NCBI RefSeq assembly: GCF_006345805.1
Contig: NC_042997.1
Coordinates: forward strand, 100,998,001-101,062,000
Reading direction: 5' to 3'
Origin: Octopus sinensis
Lineage: Eukaryota
Length of the DNA: 64,000 nt
Shown here: piece by piece, positions 52,141 through 64,000 of the stretch
Layout: each line of letters starts with the position of its first letter
Numbering within the stretch: the stretch's first letter is position 1
Translations under genes and position numbers: made by a program
Notes under the pieces: model-generated
Database searches by the model: none
Seen by the model: the letters and a program-made list of their open reading frames with translations, nothing else
What the model was told of the DNA's origin: nothing

Positions 52141-52538
52141 TAGGGCGGCAAGCTGGCAGAAACGTTAGCACGCCGGGCGAAATGCTTAGCGGTATTTCGT
52201 CTGCCGCTACGTTCTGAGTTCAAATTCCATCGAGGTTGACTTTGCCTTTCATCCTTTTGGGTTCGATTAAATAAGTACCAGTTACGCACTGGGGTCGATA
52301 TAATCGACTTAATCCGTGTCTCTGTCCTTGTTTGTCCTCTGTGTTTAACCCCTTGTGGGTAGTAAAGAAATAGGTATTTCGTCTGTCTTTACGTTCTGAG
52401 TTCAAATTCCGCCGAGGTCGACTTTGCTTTTCATCTTTTCGGGGTCGATAAATTTAAGTACCAGTTGCGTACTGGGGTCGACCTAATCGACTGGTCCCTT
52501 CCCCCAAAATTTCAGGCCTTGTGCCTAGAGTAGAAAAG
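52141..52538 (+). mobile_element. SINE family A dimer with 17-bp TSD
   Basis: TSD AATATGTGTGAATATTT at 52124-52140 and 52539-52555. Confidence 0.94.
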
Positions 52539-53301
52539 AATATGTGTGAATATTTATGAAACAATGGTTGCAATGTCTCTGGTCAAAGTATCCACTTGTG
52601 ATATAGAAAACGACAAATGGAAAATGATATAGAAAATGACAAATGGAAAATGTTACAGAAAACGATAAATCGGTAGAGATGCATCTATCTGTCGTTGTAA
52701 AATTTGTAGTATGTGAAGCAGAAACGCCATTGGTAGACAATGTGGCAGGATATGCTGAGTTAAGTCAAAAAATGCTGCATCTACTTCAAAAACATGGTTA
52801 TACAAGATCCAAAAGAATGTTGAATTGGAATTGCAAGCAAAAATGCTAACATGGTGAAAATCTCAGATTGCTGCTCAACATATTCTGCCAATTAATAGTA
52901 CGATGATAGAAAAGTATTTTCAATATTTTGTTGTACGTATGAAGATAAGATGCTTATTAGAGATGAAGACAAATATGGCGACGTGTGTCTGTCTGATGAT
53001 AACAAAATTGGAGTCTTGCAGCTACATTGAGTGGAAAACAATAACTTCATAGCACTTTTAGCATTATTTAGCATGGTGTCAATCAAATAGCAGAGTGTCT
53101 GTGAAGCGCAGAGAGATATGCTTGTTGTAGGAACTAGGAGAAATATTCAGTTAAGCACGTGTCTCAAAGTGAGACTAAGCTGGGCGAAAAGTTCCGTTTG
53201 AACGAGAAATATTCGCTTGATGAATCATCGAAAGAAAATAACAGAAGCAAATGTTTCTCACGGTCAAAGCGCTTATGTGTTTCTTTGCCTCATTTTCAAA
53301 C

Positions 53302-53348
<47 letters not shown>

Positions 53349-53366
53349 ATATATATATACACGATG

Positions 53367-53394
<28 letters not shown>

Positions 53395-53399
<5 letters not shown>

Positions 53400-53733
53400 G
53401 CAGGCATGACTGTGTGGTTAAGAAACTCGCTTCCCAATTACATGGTCCCGGGCTCAGTCTCAGTTTCGGACATATTGGGCAAGTGTCTTCAGCTATAGCA
53501 CCGGGCTGACCGAAGCCTTTTGAGTAGATTTAGTAGACGGAAACTAAAATAGGCGTGGTTGGTGTAGTATGAAGTTTGTTTCCCAACCACATGTTTCTAG
53601 GTTAAATTCCACTGCGTGGCACCTTGCGTAATTTACTTCTACCCTAGCCTCGAACCTACCAAAGCTTTGTGACTGGGTTTGGTATACGAAAACTGAAAGA
53701 AGCCCGTTATCTCTCTCTCCCTCTCTGTATATA

Positions 53734-53810
<77 letters not shown>

Positions 53811-54000
53811 TGGTGGTTGTATGTTTACGTCCTCGTAATTAAGTAGATCAGCAAAAGAGACCGATAGATTAAGTACCAGGCTCTACACACACAAAAAAAA
53901 TAAGTACCAGGATCGCTTCAATCGACTGACTAAAAACTCTTCGAAAGCGGTGCCTAAGCATGGCGACAGCCTAATGATTGAAATAAGTAAAAAATAAAAG
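53395..54000 (+). mobile_element. SINE family B copies with (TA)n/(CA)n
   Basis: Two heads (53395, 53555) and a 3' tail at 53810-54000. Confidence 0.8.
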
Positions 54001-54014
54001 ACGTGTGTGCGTTA

Positions 54015-54061
<47 letters not shown>

Positions 54062-54319
54062 GCGTGCGTGCGTGTGTGTGTGTGTGCGTGCGTGTGTGTG
54101 CGCGTACCTGTAGTCTTGTGGGTAAGATCAAAGTGTAACCACCACTAAAATCAGGAAGTGGAATGGAGGATGAAATGCTGAAAGTGAAACTTGGATTTCG
54201 TTTGACAGAATGTGTTCTTTAATTGAGAGTCAAACTATTTCATATATTTGTGAAAATTCACATTTATATTCATATTTTGGGCATACATACATACAGACAC
54301 ACACACACAAACGTATATA

Positions 54320-55525
54320 TTAGGTTGACAAGAAAGTAATTTGTTTTTTTTAGTGTGAAATAAAAGTAATTTTTTTTCATACAAAGAATGAATTTTAATC
54401 AATTATATATTTTCCATTTTGTTCGGTTCCCTTTTGCCATCTTTCTGGCAACTTCATGATTCCGCGCTCATAGAACTTCTGGTCCTTATCAGCCCAAAAC
54501 TGAAGCAAGTGCGATTTCAAGTCATCATCATCATCAAAAGTTTTACCATTCAAAGAAATTTGCAAACTTCGAAATAAATGACTATACGGTGGATTTGACA
54601 TCATTTTTCACGAGTTAGCAAAGACGTGTGTGGTCTATCGTTGTCATTGTGGAACATGATTCCTTTATGATTTGCCAATTCTGGCCGTTTTTCTTTGATT
54701 GCTTCCTCTAGTTTATTTAGTTGTTGACAGTAAGACTGTATTGATCTTTTGGTTCTTTGGAAGCAGGACGAAATATGCAACACCTTTGTAATCCAATCAA
54801 ATTGACAGCATGACCTTTTTTGATGTAATTCAACTTTCGATGTGGTTTGTGCTGGTTCATTAGGCTTGGATCATGATAGTTTTCGATTGATGTTATTGTA
54901 GACAATCCATTTTTCATCACCTGTGATGATACGATTTTTTTTAAAAAAGGTCAATTTCATTGCGTTTGAAATGCATATCGCAAATATTGATTCATTGTGT
55001 TAAGCGAATTACTTTCAACTTATGTGGAACCCAAATATCGAGCGTCTTAACGAGTCCAAGACATTTTAAGTGATTTTCAATTGTGTGTGATACATTCAAC
55101 CTCTCTACAATCTCCCGCACAGTTATATGACAATCAGATTCAGTTATGGCTTTGATTCGGTCATCATCAGTTCAGTAGGTCGACCAGAACGCTGGTCATC
55201 TTTAAGTGAAAAATCTTTAGAACGGAATTTTTAAAAACCATTTCTGACGTATGCGTTTCTGTTAAGCAATCAACACTATAAACTTCACATATCTCTTTGT
55301 GAGCCTCAGCAGCTTTCTTGCCTCTGAGGAAATAAAAAGGCTAAATATGTTCGTTTTTGCACTCCATGTTGAAATTGACACTGAACTAACAGTTATAAAC
55401 AAAATTACGCTCAATTTACTTCTAAAGTAAGCTAGAAGTAACGGCTATCAAATGTCAAAAGTCATTAAAAAAAATCGTAACTCTATCTGTTTGCGAAAAA
55501 CGAAATTACTTTCTTGCCAACCCAC
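54320..55525 (-). mobile_element. Mariner (DD34D-type) transposon, inactive
   Basis: TIRs TTAGGTTGACAAGAAAGTAATT / GTGGGTTGGCAAGAAAGTAATT with TA flanks. Motifs ITGDEKW, HNDNDRPHTSL, KFYERGIMKLPERWQK. The PDLAPSDY segment (third D) is deleted. Confidence 0.93.
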
Positions 55526-55528
55526 TAT

Positions 55529-57146
55529 ATGGGGGGATTGCTCGCTGCGATTGTCTAAGGTAGAAAGAGGATTTCGATTTGTCTCTCTCCATTCATTGAT
55601 CCTTTATTTTCTTTCGCACATTTTCCTTGTTTTCTTTTTTCCTTTTTACCCTCTTTCTTTTTTCTGCCCCTTTCTCCTTTTTTCTTCCCTTTTCCCCCTT
55701 GCTCAAATTTCTGCACGGCTCCGATCCTCTGTTTCACCTCATCCAACGGCCTTCACCTCATCGGTATTGCAATCCCACTCCAACTCATTTTCGTGATACC
55801 AACTAATTTCTTGGCCCCGCCCCCTGGAGAAGCCGATGCTGTCGATCGGTGCTCCATCCGCTACTGAGTGCCTCACCCTCACCCTTCACGGGAAGCTACC
55901 GGCAGCTACCACCACCAATAGGCGGAAGAGAGGGAGGAATTGTTCAAGATGTGGTTGTTTCCATCATTTCTCTTGTGTCGGTCTGACACAACAGGCTTTG
56001 AATGCACTCACAATGTGGAGCTGCAGCAGCTGCCTCCTCCCATCAGCCGCGCGTCAGAAGCCATCATCCATCACACCCTCAGATGAGATGATATGTCTAC
56101 CTGAGGCCCAACTCTCACTGGTCAACATTGTCCGGCTCGGAAGGCTTCGTAAGATCCCTCTTAACATCCCGAAAACGGTCCGGGTGTTGGTGGCTGATAC
56201 CCTCGCATCCTCAATGGAGAAAACCTTAGAATCTGGTCCTAGCGATTGGGATCAGCTGTTTTATTTTTCTCTGCTCGCTCTTGGTCTCTCCAGCATCGCC
56301 GCCGATTGAGGCGGCCTGTCAACAACGACCCCAGTCAGAGCCAACAACTCGTCCTTCAGACAGACGTGCCCGAATAAGAAGCATGTACGAATACGCTGCG
56401 CACCACTCATCATCGCGTCCGCAGTCCTTCACACCTGACGTCGACTCAAAGCATCTATGCGACCAGGTAAACGCCAAACTTATCGAACTAGGTGGGAAAC
56501 TCAGCCCAGTACAGCTGGGGTCAACGTAACCAGCGGTTGCGAGGGAGTCACCCATGCTGCTAGACAATTTTCATTGACTGTCCTCCCGAGTTGACATCGA
56601 GCGATCCCAAGCACCTCATTATCAAGATTGGACATGAAAAACACTTTCAACTGTCTACGCCGTAACCACTTGCTCTAGGCCTGCCTCAGCCGTGCTCCGT
56701 CTGCCTACCGCTGGCTTACCTGTCGTAAGGGGCTCCGAGCATGCTCCTCACCTCAGATAACGTCATACCATCTTCGACTGGTGTTCAACAAGATGAATCA
56801 TTGGTCTCCCCTTCCTATTATCTCTCATGTAGAAAATGTTTGACACGATCTCTGATCAGTGGTTTCTGCTCTAGCGAGGATCGGCCTCAAAATATACTAG
56901 TCCAAACTGGAGGTCGTGAACGTCAACTATGATGCAGAGGCTTTTGCGGCCTCCGCCTCGGACGTACGTTCACCACTTCACCAGGTATAGGTGACATCGA
57001 AAGGAGCCGTCCTTATACTCGGTTCGCCGAACCTCCCGCCTGCTATTCGCTCCACCCTCCGGTCTAAGCTTCACCAACTTGAAAGTTTGATGGACAGACT
57101 GAATGTGATCGACTCCCACCTAGCACTGTTCCTGTTAAGAAACTTC
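55529..57146 (+). mobile_element. CRE-clade non-LTR retrotransposon relic with PHD-like finger
   Basis: CSRCGCFHHFSCVGL..WSCSSC; IPKTVR..A..L; PVQLG.NVTSGCEGVTHAAR; LDMKNTFNCLRR (motif A); SSTGVQQDESL (motif B); LGSP..SKLHQLESLMDRL.VIDSHLALFLLRN. Internal deletions. Confidence 0.75.
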
Positions 57147-58190
57147 TTTACAGTTTGTTTGTGGGCTAAATCTACATACAACACAGTTCCTATCAGTAAC
57201 TAAAAATTAAGGTTGTAGAAAGGTCAGGTAACCCTATCAAGTCCCTAATCGATAGAACCTACCGTTTTAGTAGCACCCCCTGTACTGATAGGAACTGTAT
57301 TGTTTGTAGATTTAGCCCACAAGCAAACTGTAAAGCTAGGAATGTAGTCTATAGTATAAGATGTACAGAGGGACGGTGAAGAAACAAGACAACGACGTAC
57401 GTAGGGGAGATAGCACGGAGCATAAGGGAGTGGGTAAATGTGCATTGGAGGGAACTTAAGGAAGAGAAGAGCTCATCGGTTCTGTAACAGCACGCCGAAC
57501 GGGAACACGGAGGCTCACTCAGCAACATAGAAGTTAAAATCTTGTCTCCACATAGAACCGACGCAACGCTTAGATAAATTACGGAAGCTACACACATAAC
57601 AGAAGATAAACCTAGCCTAAATAGAAAACTAGAATGGAACACTAGCACCTCCACAAACCACAACCTATGACAGAATAAGATCCCCATAAGCTCATAATCA
57701 TATGAAACTAATACAATACATAGAAAAACAGAATTAAATAATTATATACATAAACAAAATAAATTAAACAAAATTAATGCAAAAAAGAAAGAAATGAAAA
57801 AGTAAGTAGATGAAAACAAATGAATAAAATAAATAAAAGTATCTTAAACGAACGTGTATAAAAAGGAGGTACTGATAATGCAGGTACTATACACATTTCC
57901 ACACACACTTTTACTAAACATAGACACACACAGGGATGTACGATGCGCAAATAAAAACGTATACAACAGGAATACAAAATGGCAGATCGTTAGTAAGGAG
58001 AGACAAAAAAGAAAAAAGAAAGCAAAAGGCCACAGATGAGGGCAAAGAAGTGCGATGAAAGAACTCTGGCCGATATACGATTAATGTAAAATAAAGCTGA
58101 AGCAAGTGAACAGCAAATATAGTGTGCGTGTATTTTCATTGGCTACATTGGCAACATGACCATCCCCAAATAAAAAAACAACATATACAT
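57147..58190 (+). mobile_element. Penelope-like element 3' part (GIY-YIG + pLTR-like tail) with 5' inversion
   Basis: PCTDRNCIVC..CKARNVVYSIRC..YVGEIARSIRE..H..LRxITEATHITEDKPSLNRKLEW; 52-bp inverted repeat at 57147-57198 / 57283-57334. Confidence 0.82.
58028..58071 (+). ncRNA. Candidate degenerate type I minimal hammerhead ribozyme
   Basis: GGCCA-CAGATGA-[17 nt]-GAAA-GAAC-TC-TGGCC. Stem I is perfect, the core has CAGA instead of CUGA, and stem II is imperfect. Confidence 0.4.
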
Positions 58191-58194
58191 GTAT

Positions 58195-58195
58195 G

Positions 58196-58270
<75 letters not shown>

Positions 58271-58321
58271 GCATGTATATATACATATATATATATGTAT
58301 GTATATATACATATATATATG

Positions 58322-58367
<46 letters not shown>

Positions 58368-58441
58368 TATATATGTATATATATATATATACATATATAT
58401 ATATGTGTATGTATATATATATATGTATATATATGTATATA

Positions 58442-58501
<60 letters not shown>

Positions 58502-58555
58502 ATATATATGTATGTATATATATACATATATATATATGTATATGTATACATATAC
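58195..58555. repeat. (CA)n + complex (TA/TG)n microsatellite
   Basis: Direct inspection. Confidence 0.97.
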
Positions 58556-58684
58556 ATTGTTACGACCTGGTGGCCATAACCCGAATTTACACAACCAATA
58601 ATGATGGGATGAACCCAAAACAACAACACATCATGAAGTTTTTTTCTTAATATTATTAACAAAAGTAAAATATATACTGTTTAG

Positions 58685-58992
58685 AAATTTGGATTCCCCA
58701 ATTTGGATTCCCCAATTTGGTTTCATAAATTTGGTTTCATAAATTTGTAATCCGAAATTTGGTCTCATAAATTTGGTTTCATAAATTTGGATTCCCAAAT
58801 TTGGTTTCATAAATTTGGTTTCATAAATTTGCTTTCATAAATTTGCTTTCATAAATTTGTAATCCGAAATTTGGTCTCATAAATTTGGTTTCATAAATTT
58901 GGATTCCCAAATTTGGTTTCATAAATTTGGTTTCATAAATCTGGTTTCATAAATTTGGTTTCATAAAATTGGTTTCATAAATTTGATTTTCG
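58685..58992. repeat. 14-bp minisatellite, 22 units (consensus AAATTTGGTTTCAT)
   Basis: Exact 14-bp phase throughout; units 5-10 are repeated as units 13-18. Confidence 0.97.
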
Positions 58993-59786
58993 AACTTTGG
59001 ACCTAAACATAAATAAATCTAATGTCAAAGCAACCATTTAAACTAAAAGTTCATAGCACAAAACGGCTGCCACACTACATCAATAATTATAGTTAGAAAA
59101 TATATAATCAAACAAATAATCTAGTTTGCTTTAAAATCGCACAAAACCGCTTCATACAAGCATGCTGAGGAACCATTAGATAAAATTTACAGTTTAGTTG
59201 TCTCATACAAAAAATTGGCTACATGAAATATTAAATTCATGCACCCTCTAGCTATTTATACAAATTTTTCAACACTTATCTTAGCCGAAAATAGCTAGCA
59301 AAATTTCTATACAACTTGCCACAAATGCAGATTTCAAAATTAACATCAATATTGCAATAACATAAATTAAGAGATTTTTGTACTCATCCAGAAGTGACAC
59401 AGAAATTATTTAAATCTGACAAGCAAAAGATCTGGCGAATTCCTGGAACATAAAATGAATCCATAAATGCCTAACACAAAGCACAAAGGGCATAAACTAA
59501 GCTGGCAATTATAGCTTCCAGAATCCAATTGAACATCCTTGCCTCACAGAAACAACTTTAACAGTCACAAAAACTGAGTGTACATTTATTTCTGATAATG
59601 AAGGTTTGCTAATGTCTAGCCAATTTGTTAGAGTTTCCCAGTTTGGCTATTAACACCTAACTCCTCCATTTTGACAATGGACTTCATTCTAACCTTACAG
59701 TGCAGCATGCAAAACTGTCTGTTTACTTGTTTACGTGTTAAAATTACACGATAAAAGGTTTTTAACGTTTTTATAATTTCCTAACA

Positions 59787-59820
<34 letters not shown>

Positions 59821-60173
59821 GTATATGTATATAGATATAGATATCTATATATGTATATGTATATACATAGGTATATCTACATATATATATCTATGTATAT
59901 ATACATATAAACATATGTATATATATATATATACGTATATATATGCATATATGTATACATATATATGTATATATGTATATATACATAGCTATATATACAC
60001 ATATATATATATACGTATATATATACATATAGATCTATATATATTATATATATATAAACATATACATGTATATATGCACACATATATATACATATATATA
60101 TATATATACATACATATATATATGTACACATATATACATATATATATATACATGCATACATATATGTAGATAC

Positions 60174-60210
<37 letters not shown>

Positions 60211-60336
60211 TATATATACAAATAGATATATATATATACACACATATATATATACTTAAATGTATATATATGTATATATACATGCATACATATACATATA
60301 TATAATACATATATATATACATATATATATGCATAA

Positions 60337-60367
<31 letters not shown>

Positions 60368-60425
60368 AATATATACACGTATATACATGTATACATATAT
60401 TCATACATGTGTGTATGCATGTATA
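59787..60425. repeat. Complex (CA/TA)n microsatellite
   Basis: Direct inspection. Confidence 0.97.
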
Positions 60426-60717
60426 TATGTGAGATAATAGTTTCAGTATTAATAGTGAAAGTGTTAAACTGAAAGTATTATCTCGCATTACAATAGAGAT
60501 GTTCTGTTTCACTTTTCACACGTAATATTCTAAGAGATAAGATATTGTTGCGGGCTTGCATTAGACAAGAAGTTGAAAATTTTCTTGTTCCATGACACTG
60601 CATGGACCTTAAGCAAGGCATGTGTAAAATTTGAATGAAATCGGTTTCGTAGTTCTCGAGCTTTAGTGATGCATACATACCTTCAGACATATAGACAGAC
60701 ACACAGTCTCAGAAATT

Positions 60718-60784
<67 letters not shown>

Positions 60785-60786
<2 letters not shown>

Positions 60787-60955
60787 CGCACGAGTTGCTG
60801 TGTGGTAAGTAGCTTGCTTACTAACCACATGGTTCTGGGTTCAGTCCCACTGCTTGGAACCTTGGGCAAGTGTCTTCTACTATAGCCTCGAGCCGACCAA
60901 AGCCTTGTGAGTGCGTTTGGTAGACGGAAACAGAAAGAAGCATGTCGTATATATG

Positions 60956-60996
<41 letters not shown>

Positions 60997-61740
60997 CTAC
61001 GTCCTCGTAACTTAGCGGTTCGCCAAATAAGATCGATAAAATAACTTAGCGGTTCACCAAACGAGATCGAAACAATAACATAGCGGTTCGCCAAACGAGA
61101 TCGATTAAATAATTTAGCGGTTCGCCAAATACGATCGATAAAATAATCTGGCGGATCGCCAATTGAGATCGATAAAATACCTTAGCGGTTCGCCAAATAA
61201 GATCGATAAAATAACTTAGCAGTTCGCCAAAGGAGATTAATAACGGAAGTTAGCGGTTCGCCAAAGGAGATCGATAAAATAACATAGCGGTTCGCCAAAG
61301 GTGATCGAAGAATAACTTAGCTGTTCTTAAAATACCGTCGATAGAATAATATAGCGGTTCGCCAAGATCGATGAAATAACTTAGCGGTTTGCCAAACTAG
61401 ATCGATAAAGCAACTTAGCGTATCGCCACTTGGGAAAGTGTCTTCTACTATACCCTCAGGCCGACCAAAGCCTTGTGATTGTGGTTGGTAGACGGAAACT
61501 GAAAGCACGTCGTATATATGTATGTGTGTGTATATGTTTGTGTGTCTGTGTTTGTCCCGCCAACATCGCTTGACAACCGATGCTGGTGTGTTTACGTCCT
61601 CGTAACTTAGCGGTTCGGCAAAATAGACCAATAGAATAAGTACTAGGCTTACAAAGAATTAGTCCTGGGGTCGATTTGCTCGACTAAAGGTAGTGCTCCG
61701 CATGGCCGCAGTCAAATGACTGAAACAATTAAAAGAAAAA
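60785..61740 (+). mobile_element. Two SINE family B copies enclosing a 34-bp minisatellite
   Basis: Head at 60785; second copy at 61429-61740. Confidence 0.88.
61011..61428 (+). repeat. 34-bp minisatellite, 12 full units + 1 partial
   Basis: Consensus CTTAGCGGTTCGCCAAAnrAGATCGATAAAATAA, matching the SINE segment at ~61606-61640. Confidence 0.96.
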
Positions 61741-61748
61741 AAAAAGAA

Positions 61749-61781
<33 letters not shown>

Positions 61782-61874
61782 TGTATGTATGCATGTATGT
61801 ATGTATGTATGTATGTATGTATGTATGTATGCATGTATGTATGTATGTATGTATGTATTATTATTATTATTATT

Positions 61875-62038
61875 GAGTGAGAGAGCAGTGCATGCCATCA
61901 AAGTGACACTGGAGTAAAAATACGAAGCCCAGTATACCCATCATGACTACCCGTCTGATAAGGGTACACCGGGCACATGCATCACAACCATATGTGCGCG
62001 TCATGGTGATCTCATATCAAGATAAACAGCGCATGACC
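61875..62038 (-). mobile_element. 5'-truncated TAA-associated passenger element
   Basis: Near-identical to 50173-50337; (TAA)n at its 3' end, (TATG)n at its 5' end. Confidence 0.9.
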
Positions 62039-62525
62039 TGTATGTATGTATGTATGTATGTATGTATGTATGTATGTATGTATGTATGTATGTATGTATG
62101 CATGTATGTATGCATGTATGTATGTATGTATGCATGTATGTATGCATGTATGTATGTATGTATGTATGTATGTATGTATGTATGTATGTGTGTATGTATG
62201 TATGTATGCATTTCTGCATATCTTGTTATAAAAGAATGCATATCATTTCTTCAGTAGAAGAAAGAAATTTCAGGATCTGATTTGAATATTTTGAACCAGA
62301 AGTTGATTTAACAACCAATGAGACGCCAAGGAAACCCATCCGTCAGTGACAAGCTGAGTGCATGGCCATAGTTTTGAACCACACCTAATAACAAAACACT
62401 TAGTCAGATTGATGATGTCATCACACTTCATTTGGTAGCAGGCTAGAAACGCGTGGCTGGCACACACACATACACGACGGATTCATTCAGTTTCCTATAT
62501 ATGCGCGCGCGCGTGTGTGTAGAGA

Positions 62526-62597
<72 letters not shown>

Positions 62598-63184
62598 TTG
62601 GGGTACAAGAGAGAAAGAAAGAGTTATTTATGTACGTATGTAAATATGTATGTATGAATGGGTGTATGAGTGTATATGTTGATATTTTTGTGTCCTTATT
62701 AGGCTTCCATAGTCCGCCAGTTCAGTTCTCGGAAAATTAACGGAGAAGGATGTGAAATGTGTATATGTTTGCATTGTGTTATTGCAAAAGTTGCATCTAT
62801 TCCTGTTTGGAAATCCCTGATCGTTGTTTCACCAATTCATGCACGTGATAATGCTTGTTGAATTAGCAAATATAGTGATGTTTATATCCATTTATGTATC
62901 GGTTACCGAATATAACTTAAGAATAATTTGTAGACTAAAATCAGAACGGAATATTCCCTGTTTCTGGATTAATATGAGAATAAAAACAAGTTTGTTGGTA
63001 TTGTTGTATTAGAGTCGGGTTCACCAATTATAACATATGATAGATGTTGGCGAGGAAGGTTTATGAAGATGAAGCTGAAGAAAATAATGGTATTTTCTTA
63101 AATCAACATATTCTAGTTATTTTATTATCAGAGAGCTGTTATAATGTCTGGGACAAAAGTTCAGTCAGGCGGTAGTTTTAGGCG

Positions 63185-63340
63185 CAGTAGTGGCTGTGTG
63201 GTTAAGAAATTAGCTTCGCAATCACGTGGTTTCGAGTTGAATCCCAAGGAACTTTACGAAAGTGTCCTCTATTATAGTCCAAGGGCGACCAATGCCAAGT
63301 GAGTGAATTTGGTTGACAGAAACTATGTGAACGTCTGTCC
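63185..63340 (+). mobile_element. SINE family B head fragment
   Basis: GGCTGTGTGGTTAAG...GTGTCCTCTATTATAG...GACAGAAACT. Confidence 0.75.
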
Positions 63341-63579
63341 CATGTAAATATAAATAGTGTATTTATAGTGAATGTATAATGAAATGTGGACATTGACGAT
63401 TTGAAGTCTGTTCTCAGCATATTGGCATAGAAATAATTTTTATTTTTCCTTTGTTTATAAGTTGTTTATAATTTTAACCTTTAAAGTTATTTTAATAAGC
63501 TGCCACTTTTGATGACATTTCAACTAATCAATGACGTCTATTGAGGTGAAAACAATATCTGCCGAAGTCTGTCAACAAC

Positions 63580-64000
63580 AATTTTTTGCGGTGTCATATG
63601 AAAATGCCCCAGCTATTTATGACATATTTCATATCAGTTACGTTCGTATAAATAAAAGATTATCGTTATTAAACTTTTATTAATAAACACATATTCTAAG
63701 TTCACAACATATGCAGTTTTAATTTCCCTCTCTGTTGCACACATTACATATTATATATTCGTTTAAGAAACAGATTGGGTTTATTTACATTTCTGAAGAA
63801 AAAAAGATACCCTTCCCCCACCCCTAAGCCTAACTCTAACCCTAACCCTAAAACAGATTGAAATGCAGTAGATCGATACTAGGGTCATAATTATGGGTGG
63901 ACACTAAAGAGGGAACGGTTTTGTTATCCAGCTCTGTTTACGAGTGACCCCTCAGTATACGAAGTTTAAAAGTGTTTAGTTACAAAGAAATTATTTTAAA
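63580..64000. mobile_element. Rearranged relative of the 29.2 kb MITE
   Basis: 63759-63901 is a close reverse complement of ~29293-29425, while 63582-63602 and 63955-64000 match in the forward orientation. Confidence 0.75.

Noticed and set aside
52560-53110. Ginger/integrase-like relic
   Set aside because: Only vague spacing similarity; no catalytic or HHCC motif could be recovered.
58685-58992. CRISPR or iteron array
   Set aside because: Head-to-tail 14-mers without spacers; an ordinary minisatellite.
61011-61428. CRISPR-like regular array
   Set aside because: Units are contiguous with no unique spacers, they derive from a SINE, the context is eukaryotic, and there are no cas genes.
63045-63170. 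Two-exon fragment MLARKVYEDEAEENN/ESCYNVWDK
   Set aside because: The implied intron is only ~42 nt and the peptide is unrecognised.

Overview
AT-rich, repeat-saturated eukaryotic DNA. The tRNA-derived SINE families and dense (TAA)n/(TA)n/(TATG)n microsatellites suggest an octopod cephalopod genome; this is inference, no database search was run. I recognise no intact host protein-coding gene, no rRNA and no CRISPR array, and most long ORFs in the supplied track are microsatellite artefacts. The window is a transposon graveyard. It holds six fragments of R4/Dong-like RLE LINEs (one near full length, about 43.2-46.7 kb) and an intron-containing Tc1 (DD34E) with intact TIRs. It also holds a mariner resembling the mellifera subfamily, two Chapaev3-like transposase relics, and a CRE-clade LINE with an N-terminal PHD-like finger. 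Further elements are a Penelope GIY-YIG fragment with a 5' inversion and a hammerhead-like motif, Gypsy/RTE-X/I-group/CR1 relics, a solo LTR, a non-autonomous Helitron, a MITE and many SINEs. The most coherent system is a set of same-orientation trains in which R4/Dong LINEs and a non-coding 0.5-0.6 kb passenger element are separated by (TAA)n tracts, which suggests microsatellite-targeted retroposition with a non-autonomous partner. A few unique exon-like islands hint at an unidentified host gene but cannot be assembled with confidence.
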